A DNA stretch of 64,000 nucleotides from Bacteroidales bacterium (GCA_003141895.1 PLNT01000018.1:85647-149646), one strand, 5' to 3'; counted from the first letter of the stretch, positions 1 to 10,447 are shown. Made by a program: numbers and translations. Notes: a model not told the origin generated them from the letters alone.

Positions 1-48
1 AGCAGTTTTCAAAAAAAGACAAAATGTAAGGGATAACCTATCAATTTT

Positions 49-1275
49 GTGACAGAAAAGGAAAAAACAAGGATATTCAGGGCATTCAGAAACCGTAATT
101 ACAGGTTGTTTTTTACGGGACAATCGATTTCTCAAATCGGAACCTGGATGCAAGGCACTGGGGTTAGCTGGGTTGTTTATACCATGACCCATTCAGAATT
201 CATGCTAGGTTTTACCGTATTTGCAACCCTTTTCCCAAGGTTTCTGTTTTCATTGCCGGGTGGTATTGTTGCAGACCGGTACAGCCGGTACAAAATTTTA
301 CTTTTTACTCAAATTGCCTCGATGGTACAAGCTGTATTGCTGGCAATTATTACACTAACTAATCACTATACAGTATCTGAATTACTTGCCCTGAGTGCAG
401 TTCTTGGGATAATCAATGCTTTTGATTCTCCTGCCCGGCAACCGATGGTGCATGAAATGGTCAATGATCCCGAAGATCTTCCTAATGCTCTCGCTCTTAA
501 TTCTTCACTTGTGAATTTTGCCAGAATAGTTGGTCCTGCACTGGCAGGTATTGTACTCCAAAAGTTTGGGGCAGGAATATGCTTTCTTTTAAATGCCCTG
601 AGTTTTATTGCTGTGATCATTTCACTTTTATTAATGAAGTTGCCGGCACAGAAAAGTCCTTTTCCAATAAAAAAGAAAATTTTGTCCGAGCTGTCTGAAG
701 GTTTCGAATATCTGAAGCATGCACCCCAGATAAGCATGGTTCTGCTCATAGTAAGCCTTGTCAGCCTGCTGGTTATACCATATGATACTCTGCTTCCGGT
801 ATTTGCCAAAGTGATTTTCAACGGAGATTCTTCGACATTCGGTTATATCCGAAGTTTTACAGGTTTAGGCGCACTAGGTGGTACTTTCTTTCTGGCAACA
901 TTAAAGCCTGGAGCTGACCTTAAAAAAGTATTAATGGCTAGCACAGCAATATTTGGAATCGGGTTGATAATATTTTCACATATTGGCTTCTTTCCTTTAG
1001 CAATGGTGTTTGCTGCTATTTTAGGATTCGGCGCAATGTCGCAGACCACAGTTTGCCTGACTATAATTCAGGTTCATACTGATGCCAAAATGAGAGGCAG
1101 GGTCATGAGCTTTTTGATAATGGCAATGACAGGAATGTTACCACTGGGAAGCCTTCTTACCGGTGCAATATCCCATAAAATTGGCGCACCTGATACTCTT
1201 CTCTGCCAGGGTGTCATGGCCCTGATTATAGTTGCTGTATTTGCGAATTTCCCGAGAAATCATAAAATTAAATAG
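49..1275 (+). CDS. MFS transporter (MFS_3 / EntS-like efflux type)
   Basis: 408-aa ORF with about 12 hydrophobic spans. MFS motif-A-like GGIVADRYSRYK. GTG start, with no in-frame ATG upstream. Confidence 0.8.
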   Translation: MTEKEKTRIFRAFRNRNYRLFFTGQSISQIGTWMQGTGVSWVVYTMTHSEFMLGFTVFATLFPRFLFSLPGGIVADRYSRYKILLFTQIASMVQAVLLAIITLTNHYTVSELLALSAVLGIINAFDSPARQPMVHEMVNDPEDLPNALALNSSLVNFARIVGPALAGIVLQKFGAGICFLLNALSFIAVIISLLLMKLPAQKSPFPIKKKILSELSEGFEYLKHAPQISMVLLIVSLVSLLVIPYDTLLPVFAKVIFNGDSSTFGYIRSFTGLGALGGTFFLATLKPGADLKKVLMASTAIFGIGLIIFSHIGFFPLAMVFAAILGFGAMSQTTVCLTIIQVHTDAKMRGRVMSFLIMAMTGMLPLGSLLTGAISHKIGAPDTLLCQGVMALIIVAVFANFPRNHKIK

Positions 1276-1341
1276 AGAAGGTATATTTAGAGAAAGGAAT
1301 GTCATCAAAACATTACCTTTGATTCAGAAAACTAATAATTG

Positions 1342-2142
1342 ATGAAACTGAATTTTTGCAGTCTTAGCAGTGGAAGTAGTGGAAACTGTTATTACATTGG
1401 AAATGAGTTCTATGGCATATTAATAGATGCAGGTATTTCAGCTACTTCTATACGTAAGTTTCTGAGGGACATGAATATTTCCATGCAGACAATTATGGGT
1501 GTCATGATAACACACAATCATTCAGATCATATCAAAGGATTAGAAGTTCTGACAAGAAAAAACAGACTTCCGGCATTTACTACCCAAAAAGTATGGGAAA
1601 GCATAGTATCTCCCGGGATGAAAATATCCAGAGACTGTATTCGTGAAATTCCTTTGCAACAGAAATTTCATCTGGCAGGATTTGACATAGAGGCATTTCC
1701 CGTGTTTCATGATGCTCCTGAAACCATTGGATATCATATTTGTTCCGGGAATAAAAAAATAACTATTGTAACCGACCTGGGACATATTTGTCAGACATCA
1801 GCTCCATATATAAAGGAGGCTAATCTGCTTGTTATAGAGTCAAATTATGATGAGCAAATGCTCTTGAACGGAAGATATCCATATTATTTAAAGAAAAGGA
1901 TACAATCAGACAACGGGCATCTCGGTAATCTTCAAACCTCAACATTTCTGGCTGATATCGATCATGAAAATCTCAGTTATATTTGTCTGGCTCATCTGAG
2001 TAAGAATAATAATACTCCTGAAAAAGCACTTGAAACTCTGAAGCGGACTTTATCTGAAAAGGGGATAAACTTAAATGGTCAACAGCGCATTTCAATTCTG
2101 AACCGGAACACTCCCTCTGAAATGATAAGATTGGTGGAGTAG
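1342..2142 (+). CDS. MBL-fold metallo-hydrolase
   Basis: HxHxDH motif (ITHNHSDHIKG) and beta-lactamase-fold layout. ATG at 1342 sits one codon inside the TTG-started ORF at 1339. Confidence 0.85.
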   Translation: MKLNFCSLSSGSSGNCYYIGNEFYGILIDAGISATSIRKFLRDMNISMQTIMGVMITHNHSDHIKGLEVLTRKNRLPAFTTQKVWESIVSPGMKISRDCIREIPLQQKFHLAGFDIEAFPVFHDAPETIGYHICSGNKKITIVTDLGHICQTSAPYIKEANLLVIESNYDEQMLLNGRYPYYLKKRIQSDNGHLGNLQTSTFLADIDHENLSYICLAHLSKNNNTPEKALETLKRTLSEKGINLNGQQRISILNRNTPSEMIRLVE

Positions 2143-2181
2143 ACAATTTCTAATCTGCAACGGAATTGTCTTTATACATTA

Positions 2182-2643
2182 CTATTTATTCTTTTTCAAT
2201 TTATTTTCCAGATCGGATATTTTTGCAAGGCGACGGACGAATCGTTCGTTACCTTTAAATTGTGCATTAAGAAAAGTCTGTACCAATTCCCAGGATAATG
2301 AAAATCCTGTGACCCTGCCTCCTAGACACAGTATATTCATGTCATCATCCTCCACTCCCTGATGAGCAGAAAAAGCATCGGTTATTAAGGCTGCCCTTAC
2401 TCCGGGAATCTTGTTAGCTGCAACACATGCTCCTACTCCACTGCCGCAAATGGCCAATCCCCGGAAAACCTCCATATTTGCAACAGCCCGTGCCAATGGA
2501 ATCACAACATCAGGGTAATCATCTCCCGGAACCAACTCTTTAGCCCCAAAATCGACTACCTCATGACCTGCGGCTTTGAGTGCATCAATTAGCTTTAGTT
2601 TTAACTCAAATCCGCCATGATCCGCTGCTACACCTATATGCAT
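2182..2643 (-). CDS. rpiB: RpiB/LacA/LacB family sugar-phosphate isomerase
   Basis: 153 aa. ICGSGVGACVAANK active-site region is typical of ribose-5-phosphate isomerase B. Confidence 0.85.
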   Translation of the reverse strand: MHIGVAADHGGFELKLKLIDALKAAGHEVVDFGAKELVPGDDYPDVVIPLARAVANMEVFRGLAICGSGVGACVAANKIPGVRAALITDAFSAHQGVEDDDMNILCLGGRVTGFSLSWELVQTFLNAQFKGNERFVRRLAKISDLENKLKKNK

Positions 2644-2770
2644 TACTTAATTTAAAATTTGTTATTCGTTTTGTTATCTGATCTGGATTCAAAATTAATT
2701 TCAAGGGCATACGAAGGGTCTTTACAATAACTTCCTGAAGGCCTACTTCGGTGATAGCATTCGTAAGACA

Positions 2771-3772
2771 TTATTCAATTTCTACAAGCATTTTTCCCTG
2801 ATTTTTACCACTAAAAAGTCCCAGAAAAGCATCTGGTAGCTTATCGAATCCATGAATTATTGTTTCAGTGTATTTAAGCTTGTCTTCGTTTAACCACTGA
2901 GTCAGATATGTGAGGACTTCATCAAAACGATCTGAGAAACTCCTTACGATAAATCCCTGAAGAGTGACACTCTTTGTTAATATCCAGGCCATAACTAAAT
3001 TGCCTGCAGGCAGCTTTGTACTGTTATATTGAGATATCTGGCCACATAAAGCAATCCTTGCACGAAAATTAAGATTGGCTACAACTCCTTCGGTAATTTC
3101 ACCTCCCACATTATCGAAATAGGCATCAACACCTTCCGGGCATATTTTTCCTAAATCTTTCCTTATTGATTTTGTTGTTTTATAGTTAATGGCCTCATCG
3201 AATCCGAATTTCTCTTTTAATAAATTACATTTTTCTTCGCTCCCTGCTATTCCAATAACTCTCGCACCCTTTATCTTTGCAATTTGCCCTGCTACAAGGC
3301 CCACTGCACCTGCAGCACCTGAAACTACTACGGTCTCTCCTTTCGCAGGTTTGCATATATCTGTCATTCCTATATATGCAGTTAATCCTGGCATACCCAG
3401 TAAGCCCAGATAAAAATATGGTGGAATTTTACTGTTATCAATTTTCCGGAGCTTATCTGCATTTTCAACAGAAAATACTGACCATGGCAATGTACCAACA
3501 ACGATGTCACCGGTTTTTATTTTATTGCTTTTACTCTCAATGACTTTAGCAACAACACCGCTTTTAATTGGCTGATTAACCTGAAAAGCTTCAACATAAG
3601 ATTTCGTATCATTCATTCGTCCCCGCAGATATGGATCAACAGAAATATACCAGGATTTCAGTAGGACCTCATTATCCTTAAGTTCCTCAAGAATGATTTT
3701 CTCAACTCTGAAATTGGAAGGGGAAGGCATGCCATAAGGTCTCGAGGCTAAGACAAATTGAGCTGTTTCCAT
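2771..3772 (-). CDS. NADP-dependent oxidoreductase, medium-chain dehydrogenase/reductase family (YncB/CurA-like)
   Basis: 333 aa. Rossmann motif VSGAAGAVGLVAGQIAK. Overall similarity to the alkenal/one reductase class. Confidence 0.8.
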   Translation of the reverse strand: METAQFVLASRPYGMPSPSNFRVEKIILEELKDNEVLLKSWYISVDPYLRGRMNDTKSYVEAFQVNQPIKSGVVAKVIESKSNKIKTGDIVVGTLPWSVFSVENADKLRKIDNSKIPPYFYLGLLGMPGLTAYIGMTDICKPAKGETVVVSGAAGAVGLVAGQIAKIKGARVIGIAGSEEKCNLLKEKFGFDEAINYKTTKSIRKDLGKICPEGVDAYFDNVGGEITEGVVANLNFRARIALCGQISQYNSTKLPAGNLVMAWILTKSVTLQGFIVRSFSDRFDEVLTYLTQWLNEDKLKYTETIIHGFDKLPDAFLGLFSGKNQGKMLVEIE

Positions 3773-3967
3773 TTGATTTATAATAATTGTGTACAGCTAA
3801 AACAATTTCATTAGACGCAAAGTTCAATAAATCTGAAACAAAACGACATTAAGCGCCCCCTAGTCACCCCTTCAGTAGGATCGCGCGAATCGTGAGTGGG
3901 TGTGCCTAAACTTTTTATATAAAGTTTTGTTTAATAGTTCAGTTAATAAATTAAATACTTATATAAT

Positions 3968-4789
3968 ATGAAAAATAAATTGTTTGCTAAAACCATCCTG
4001 ATCTGTCTGATTATGATGGGATATTCTTCAATTGCCAGGTCTGCAAGTATGCCACCAAATATCAAAGAAGAAAACGTTTCTTATACTATAGGTGGCGTCA
4101 GTTATAAAGCATATATTGCTTATGATGACAACCTAAAGGGGAAACGTCCTGGTGTCCTGGTTGTTCCAGAATGGTGGGGATTGAATGATTATCCGAAAAT
4201 GAGAGCAAGAAAACTTGCAGAATTAGGTTATGTTGCTATGGCTCTGGACGTATTCGGAGATGGCAAAATTGCTGCCAATCCAACAGAAGCTCAACAATTG
4301 ACTGCTCCTTTCTATAAAGATCCGAATCTCGCAAAGGCAAGATTAGATCAGGCACTTAAGGTATTAAAAGCGTTGCCGCAAACCGATCCTGTAAATGTTG
4401 CAGCAATTGGGTATTGTTTCGGTGGTAGTCTTGTTTTGAATTATGCAAAACTTGGAGCTGATCTTAAGGGAGTCGTCAGTTTTCATGGCGGAGTAAGCGG
4501 CGGAGCACCTGTAGACAAAAATCTTCTTAAAGCAAAAGTTCTCGTGTGCCAGGGAGCCAGTGATAAATTTGTGCCTCAAAAAGATGCTGAAACTTTTAAG
4601 CATAAGTTAGATTCAATTGGTGTTGATAATACTTTAAAAGTCTATCCCAATGCAACTCATGCATTTACAAATTCTGATGCTACAGCAACAGGGAAGAAAT
4701 TTAATATGCCGATTGAGTATAATCCTGAAGCTGACAAAAATTCATGGGATGATATGAAAATGTTTTTCGCGAAAATCTTTAGCAAATAG
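3968..4789 (+). CDS. secreted dienelactone hydrolase family protein
   Basis: Signal peptide. Nucleophile motif GYCFGG and C-terminal NATHAF histidine, as in dienelactone hydrolase-fold enzymes. Confidence 0.8.
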   Translation: MKNKLFAKTILICLIMMGYSSIARSASMPPNIKEENVSYTIGGVSYKAYIAYDDNLKGKRPGVLVVPEWWGLNDYPKMRARKLAELGYVAMALDVFGDGKIAANPTEAQQLTAPFYKDPNLAKARLDQALKVLKALPQTDPVNVAAIGYCFGGSLVLNYAKLGADLKGVVSFHGGVSGGAPVDKNLLKAKVLVCQGASDKFVPQKDAETFKHKLDSIGVDNTLKVYPNATHAFTNSDATATGKKFNMPIEYNPEADKNSWDDMKMFFAKIFSK

Positions 4790-4803
4790 TTCCTGCCATT
4801 AGG

Positions 4804-4827
4804 CCCCCCAACCCCCCTAAAGGGGGG
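4804..4827. repeat. C6-N2-C6-TAAA-G6 hairpin element (family 1)
   Basis: CCCCCCAACCCCCCTAAAGGGGGG, lying 15 nt after the dienelactone hydrolase stop. Confidence 0.75.
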
Positions 4828-4966
4828 CAAATTCATCTTTTACCCATACAAGTACATTTAAGGAGACGTAGTGATTAACTATTTCTCCTTTTTTAATTAT
4901 GGAATAACCATAATTTTAGAATTTTCTTTTGATTTTAGTTAAACACGCTAATATACTGAGCATTAA

Positions 4967-4990
4967 CCCCCCTTTAGGGGGGCAGGGGGG
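4967..4990. repeat. family-1 hairpin element, inverted orientation
   Basis: CCCCCCTTTAGGGGGGCAGGGGGG. This is nearly the reverse complement of 4804-4827. Confidence 0.75.
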
Positions 4991-5072
4991 CATTCATTGA
5001 AAAAATATTTAGATTTTGGGTGTAACCATTTGTAACTTTACAAGTAATCATAACAGAGACAAAAAACATACA

Positions 5073-5612
5073 GTGGCAGAAATAGAGGATGAAATATTAA
5101 TGCAGCACGTGAAGGATGGAAATCTGTCAGAAATGTCAGTGTTGTTTGAACGATACAATGTCAGGCTTTATAATTACTTTCTTAAGCTGACACGAAACAA
5201 GCTCATCAGCCAGGATTTGACTCAAAATTTATTTTACAGAATGATCAGATATAAAAGTTCATATAAGAACGAATACAGTGTTAAATCATGGATGTATCAG
5301 ATGGCAAGGAATCTTCATATTGATTATTGTAAAGAGGAAAAAAGATCGGGAGAACTCTTTATGAATACCGATGCTTATCCTGTCGATGTCAGTGATGAAA
5401 ATGAAGGATTTCCTGAAGATGATTATGAGAGACTGGAGCGATCACTTGCAGCACTTAGTAATGAACAACGTGAGCTTTTAATTCTAAGCAGGTACCAGGG
5501 ATTAAAATATGAGGAGATTTCTCCTATTGTAAATCAATCAGTACCTGCAATTAAGGTTGCCGTTCACAGAGCTATAAGGCAACTAAGAGGGATCTATTTT
5601 AAACAGATTTAA
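5073..5612 (+). CDS. RNA polymerase ECF-type sigma-70 factor
   Basis: Region 2 and region 4 signatures (LSNEQRELLILSRYQGLKYEEIS...AIKVAVHRAIRQLR). Start is uncertain: TTG 5016, GTG 5073 or ATG 5100 in the same frame. Confidence 0.8.
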   Translation: MAEIEDEILMQHVKDGNLSEMSVLFERYNVRLYNYFLKLTRNKLISQDLTQNLFYRMIRYKSSYKNEYSVKSWMYQMARNLHIDYCKEEKRSGELFMNTDAYPVDVSDENEGFPEDDYERLERSLAALSNEQRELLILSRYQGLKYEEISPIVNQSVPAIKVAVHRAIRQLRGIYFKQI

Positions 5613-5622
5613 AACAAGAATT

Positions 5623-6426
5623 ATGAACTGTGAAGAAGTTAAAAAATTGATGATCGATTATCTTGATTCAAACCTCAAAGATGATAAACGTTTCGAAATT
5701 GAAAAACATATTGAGACTTGTGAAAGGTGTCTTGATGAACTGAAGGATACCCAGGAGGTTATGAAGCTGATTTTAAATGATGAAATGGAGAAACCCGATG
5801 ATTCATTACGGATCAACTTTTATCATATGCTTCACAGCGAGATTAAGAAGAATGAAGTAAAATTCACTATGAAAAATTTACCTGTTACTAACTGGTATAA
5901 TATCGGTACATACAGGATTGCTGCCGCAATTGCACTTCTGATTTGCGGAACATTCATTGGTCTGTTTATCCATCCGTGGTTTAATAATTCTTCTGCATCG
6001 AATGAGCTGAAGCAATTACATTCTGAAGTTACTGATCTTAAAAAAGCAGCAATGTTTACAATGCTTAATCAGGAATCTTCAAGTGATCGGATACAGGCAG
6101 TGGGATATGCTACTGATCTTGGGAATGCTGATGAGAATGTAGTTGAAGTTCTGGTCAAAACGCTTAATAATGATAAGAATATAAATGTCCGGATGGCTGC
6201 TGCATACGCTCTTTCAAAGTTTGCATACCAGCGTACAGTGGTTGATTCCCTGGTCAAATCACTTTCACAGCAGAGCGATCCGATCCTGCAGGTTACACTT
6301 ATTAATATACTTGCTGAGAGAAAGGAAAAAAGTGCACTTAGGCCTATCCAGAAAATAATAGCAAATAAAAGTACACTAAAAGAGGTACGAGCCGTGGCTG
6401 AAAATAGCCTGCGTGTTCTTATCTGA
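5623..6426 (+). CDS. anti-sigma factor (zf-HC2) with single TM and periplasmic HEAT-like repeats
   Basis: N-terminal HIETCERC (Hx3Cx2C) motif and a central TM. C-terminal repeats of the PBS-lyase HEAT type (NVRMAAAYALSKF...). Lies 10 nt after the sigma gene. Confidence 0.75.
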   Translation: MNCEEVKKLMIDYLDSNLKDDKRFEIEKHIETCERCLDELKDTQEVMKLILNDEMEKPDDSLRINFYHMLHSEIKKNEVKFTMKNLPVTNWYNIGTYRIAAAIALLICGTFIGLFIHPWFNNSSASNELKQLHSEVTDLKKAAMFTMLNQESSSDRIQAVGYATDLGNADENVVEVLVKTLNNDKNINVRMAAAYALSKFAYQRTVVDSLVKSLSQQSDPILQVTLINILAERKEKSALRPIQKIIANKSTLKEVRAVAENSLRVLI

Positions 6427-6516
6427 TAGAAAAGAAAAGATTGAATTCAGTTAAAATAAATCCTGGCAGATTCCGGGTTTGCCTGATTAAAAAGTTAATT
6501 TCTTAATAAAAAAACT

Positions 6517-7296
6517 ATGAAAACGATGAAAACAAGTATTATAGCACTATTTATTCTCTTTGCTGCAGGCAACTTGTCTGCACAGGAATATAAAATTACG
6601 GTTGCTGATCCCAAGGATGGAAAACTCATTCTAAAAGATTTCAGTGGCTCTTTACCAATTGAAGGTTACGCAGGAACGGATATTGTAATCACGTCTGTTG
6701 ATGGAGAATTTACACCTCCCGATAAAGCGAAAGGACTGAAACCGATTTATCCTGCTGGATCAGACAATACCGGAATTGGCCTTGATGTACAGAAAACTGA
6801 TAATAAGATTACTATAACATGCATTGTTCCTTTTACCCGTCACAGTGAATATAAATTAAAGGTACCAGAAAACATGTCTATTGCATTATCAAGCGGATGC
6901 GAAAGAAATAATGATGTTGAAGTTACAAACATGAAGAATGAGATTGAAATTGAAACCTGTCATGATATAAAGCTGACCAATGTTACGGGTCCTCTTGTAC
7001 TTTCGACAATCAGTGGTAATATCGATGTAACCTATAGTACAATAAATACAACCAAGTCATCATCTGTTAACTCGATAAGTGGTGATGTTGATATAACACT
7101 TCCCGTCAAAACTGCTACAAACCTCGACCTAAGTGTTATTTCAGGTGCTATATATTCTGATTTTGACTTTTCAGATTCTCAAAAGAATCTTAAAAAAATT
7201 GGTGGAAATGAAACAAATTTTTCACTAAACGGAGGCGGATTCAAGTTCTCAGTCGGAAGCGTAAGTGGAAATATTTATCTGCGGAAAGGACAGTAA
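6517..7296 (+). CDS. DUF4097-like beta-strand repeat protein (putative adhesin fold), secreted
   Basis: Signal peptide. Recurring ISG[DN][IV]D / ISGAIY / VSGNIY repeat units. Confidence 0.6.
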   Translation: MKTMKTSIIALFILFAAGNLSAQEYKITVADPKDGKLILKDFSGSLPIEGYAGTDIVITSVDGEFTPPDKAKGLKPIYPAGSDNTGIGLDVQKTDNKITITCIVPFTRHSEYKLKVPENMSIALSSGCERNNDVEVTNMKNEIEIETCHDIKLTNVTGPLVLSTISGNIDVTYSTINTTKSSSVNSISGDVDITLPVKTATNLDLSVISGAIYSDFDFSDSQKNLKKIGGNETNFSLNGGGFKFSVGSVSGNIYLRKGQ

Positions 7297-7412
7297 GAAT
7301 TTCGGAATGGAGATTTTTGGTTTCGGATTTAGAAAACAAAAATTAAACAAATCCGAAATCACCAATCCGAAATATCCTCTATAAAATACTCCAACTTTTA
7401 AAATCTAATTAA

Positions 7413-8054
7413 ATGAAGACAAGTACGATTTTAGTTGTATTGTGGCTATGCATTTGCCCAATACAGGCCCAGCAGATAATTGAAAAACATATAGGTTTTT
7501 CCGGAAAAGATGCCCTCACTCTTAAAATTCAGATCGCTGATTCGATTAAAATCCAGACATGGAATAAGAATGAAGTCTACGTAAAAGCCTCAGTAAATAT
7601 TAATGACAATAAGGATAATGAGGCATATATAACGTCTTTCGATGATTCAGGTAATACAGTAATTGTAGACGCAAAATTCAAGGATGACTATTTCAAGGGA
7701 AGAAAAAACTGCTGTAACGAAACTGATATATATTGGCAGGTTTTTATTCCCGAAAAGACAAGATTCTCAGTCGAGACTATAAACGCAGATGTAACTATTA
7801 CCGGCCAAACAAGGGAGATGAAAGTGAAATCCATAAGCGGCTATATTGATCTGGCAGTGCCTGCAAATAAACAGGCAGATCTGGATTTCTCAACAATTTC
7901 AGGGAGAATGTATTCAAATCATGAACTTGCTCTGAGCAAAATGCACAACGGAATTCCTCTAAAAATATCTGAAAAGCTAAACAGCGGAGGCGATCCGATT
8001 AAACTCGAGACAATCAGTGGCGATATCTTCTTCAGAAAAGCAGGTGCAAATTAA
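7413..8054 (+). CDS. DUF4097-like beta-strand repeat protein, secreted (paralog of previous)
   Basis: Signal peptide. Carries the same ISGYID / ISGRMY / ISGDIF repeat units. Confidence 0.6.
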   Translation: MKTSTILVVLWLCICPIQAQQIIEKHIGFSGKDALTLKIQIADSIKIQTWNKNEVYVKASVNINDNKDNEAYITSFDDSGNTVIVDAKFKDDYFKGRKNCCNETDIYWQVFIPEKTRFSVETINADVTITGQTREMKVKSISGYIDLAVPANKQADLDFSTISGRMYSNHELALSKMHNGIPLKISEKLNSGGDPIKLETISGDIFFRKAGAN

Positions 8055-8074
8055 GGTTACGTTAAAAATAAATA

Positions 8075-10447
8075 ATGAAAAAGTTCAATATTCAAATTGG
8101 TTTGCGCAATATTTTACGTCACAGGCTGATCTCCTTCATAACAATTTTCGGATTGTCAATCGGTCTGGCAGGCAGCATGTTCATCTTTTTATGGGTTTCT
8201 GATGAGCTTAATTTTGATCATTTCAATAAAATGGGTGATCGGCTGTACCGTGTTGAAGAAGATCAGCTTTATTCCAAAGGACTTTTTCATGTAAATGTTA
8301 CACCCTGGCCATCTGGACCTGTCTGGAAAGAGAATATCCCTGAGATTGAAAACATCTGCAGAATGACAAATGCAGGGAGTATACTCTTCCGGCATAACGA
8401 TAAAGTATTTTATGAAGATAAAGTTGTTGCAGCAGACTCATCCTTTTTCAGGATGTTTACATTTCCTTTACTAGCAGGAGATCCAATGAATGCACTCAAG
8501 GACCCTCAATCAATTGTATTGAGCGATGAAATGGCCCGGAAATATTTCGGAAGCGAGGATCCTCTTGGGAAAAGCATTGAATTAAATAATAATGAGGTCT
8601 TCCAGGTGGCCGGAATAATGAAGAAAATTCCTACAAACAGCTCAGTTGTAGCTGACTTCCTCATTCCATTCAGCTATATGAAGAAATCAAGCTGGTATTC
8701 CGATAATTGGTCAAATAACTCAATTGTTACTTATGTTCTGTTAAATAAAGGAGCAGATATCGATCAGACTATTAATAAAATTAATAAGGTTGTAAAGGAT
8801 CATAATCCTGAAACCAATACGAAATTCATGCTCTTCCCATTTCTGAAAATCCATTTACATAGTTATTGGGGTTTTGGACATCCTCCCGGTGCAATCGTAA
8901 ATATCTGGATATTTTCATCAATTGCTTTGTTGGTACTGATTATTGCTTGTATCAACTTCATGAACCTCAGCACTGCACGTTCTGCTGCAAGGGCAAAAGA
9001 GACAGGTTTACGTAAATTAAACGGGGCATATAAAAGAGACCTGATATTTCAGTATTTCGGAGAAAGTTTTCTCTATGCTCTTACCTCTATACTACTTGCT
9101 ACTGCAATAGTAGCGGCTTTGCTGGGACCATTCAATTTACTTACAGGTAAAACATTCAGAGAAACTGAACTGATTACTCCGGCATTTGTCGTGAGTGCCT
9201 TACTGATAACAATTCTTACCTCTATTCTTGCCGGCAGCTATCCTGCATTCGTTTTATCGTCTTTTAAACCTATAAATGTTTTACGTTCAGGAATGACAGG
9301 TGGAACAAGAGGAGTCTATTTCAGGAGAATAACGGTGGTGGCACAATTCATTATCAGCTTAATTCTTATTCTGTTTACAATAATTACTTACCGACAGCTG
9401 AAATTCATGCAGAACAAATCGTTGGGTTATGACAAAGAGAACCTTATATATGTTCAGATGAAAGGAAACATGAGAGATAATTATCCGGTCATAAAACAAG
9501 AGTTTTCAGAAAACCCGTCAATCATTTCAGTATCAGCATGTACAAATCCTCCACAGAGTATTGGAAGCAATGCAGATAATATCTGGTGGGAAGGGAAATC
9601 TCCTGATGAGCATTCACTCGTCAGTATGGCCGGAGTAGATTTTGACTACGCGGAGGCAATGGGTATAAAACTGAAGGCAGGCAGAGCATTTTCAAAGGCT
9701 TATTCAATGGATATTCCGCATGATACAGCCGGAACATTCATGATTAATGAACAGCTCGAAAAATTGATGGGAACTGATGATGCTGTTGGAAAACAGCTAA
9801 AATTCGGTACAACCCGTGGTATTATCGTAGGTGTGATGAAGGATTTCAATTATGCATCACTACAGGAGAAAATTGAACCACTGGCAGTATGGATCTGGCC
9901 TGATAAATACCTGAGTTTTATTTATTTCAGGATTAAACCGGGGAATGTGCACGAAACAATTGCCGGGTTGGAGAAGACATGGCAAAAGATCATGCCACAA
10001 TATCCATTTGACTATCAATTTCTTGATCAGGAGATAGATAAGATGTACAGGGTGGAAGAACGAACAGGAGCGCTTTTGAAGTATTTTTCAATACTCGCTA
10101 TTTTAATCGCATGTATAGGACTTTTCGGTCTGGCGACTTATACCGTTGAACAAAGAACCCGTGAACTAGGTCTGCGAAAAGTTCTGGGAGCATCTGGAAG
10201 TTCGATATTCGGGCTTATCTCCGGTGAATTCATGCAGCTTCTCCTGATCGCCTCTGTTATTTCAATTCCTCTATCGATATTCATGTTACATAAATACCTG
10301 GCAAATTTTGCCTATCATATTCACTTGACGGTGTGGACTTTTATTCTAGCTCTATTGCTCGCAACAATCGTTGCCGGGTTGGCAATAAGTTATCAGCTGA
10401 TAGGCGCTGTCAGAAATAATCCAGCTAAAAGTCTTAAGTATGAATAA
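8075..10447 (+). CDS. ABC transporter permease, double FtsX/MacB-type
   Basis: 790 aa. N-terminal TM followed by a large periplasmic domain, then two FtsX-type 3-TM bundles. No adjacent ATPase gene. Confidence 0.8.
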   Translation: MKKFNIQIGLRNILRHRLISFITIFGLSIGLAGSMFIFLWVSDELNFDHFNKMGDRLYRVEEDQLYSKGLFHVNVTPWPSGPVWKENIPEIENICRMTNAGSILFRHNDKVFYEDKVVAADSSFFRMFTFPLLAGDPMNALKDPQSIVLSDEMARKYFGSEDPLGKSIELNNNEVFQVAGIMKKIPTNSSVVADFLIPFSYMKKSSWYSDNWSNNSIVTYVLLNKGADIDQTINKINKVVKDHNPETNTKFMLFPFLKIHLHSYWGFGHPPGAIVNIWIFSSIALLVLIIACINFMNLSTARSAARAKETGLRKLNGAYKRDLIFQYFGESFLYALTSILLATAIVAALLGPFNLLTGKTFRETELITPAFVVSALLITILTSILAGSYPAFVLSSFKPINVLRSGMTGGTRGVYFRRITVVAQFIISLILILFTIITYRQLKFMQNKSLGYDKENLIYVQMKGNMRDNYPVIKQEFSENPSIISVSACTNPPQSIGSNADNIWWEGKSPDEHSLVSMAGVDFDYAEAMGIKLKAGRAFSKAYSMDIPHDTAGTFMINEQLEKLMGTDDAVGKQLKFGTTRGIIVGVMKDFNYASLQEKIEPLAVWIWPDKYLSFIYFRIKPGNVHETIAGLEKTWQKIMPQYPFDYQFLDQEIDKMYRVEERTGALLKYFSILAILIACIGLFGLATYTVEQRTRELGLRKVLGASGSSIFGLISGEFMQLLLIASVISIPLSIFMLHKYLANFAYHIHLTVWTFILALLLATIVAGLAISYQLIGAVRNNPAKSLKYE

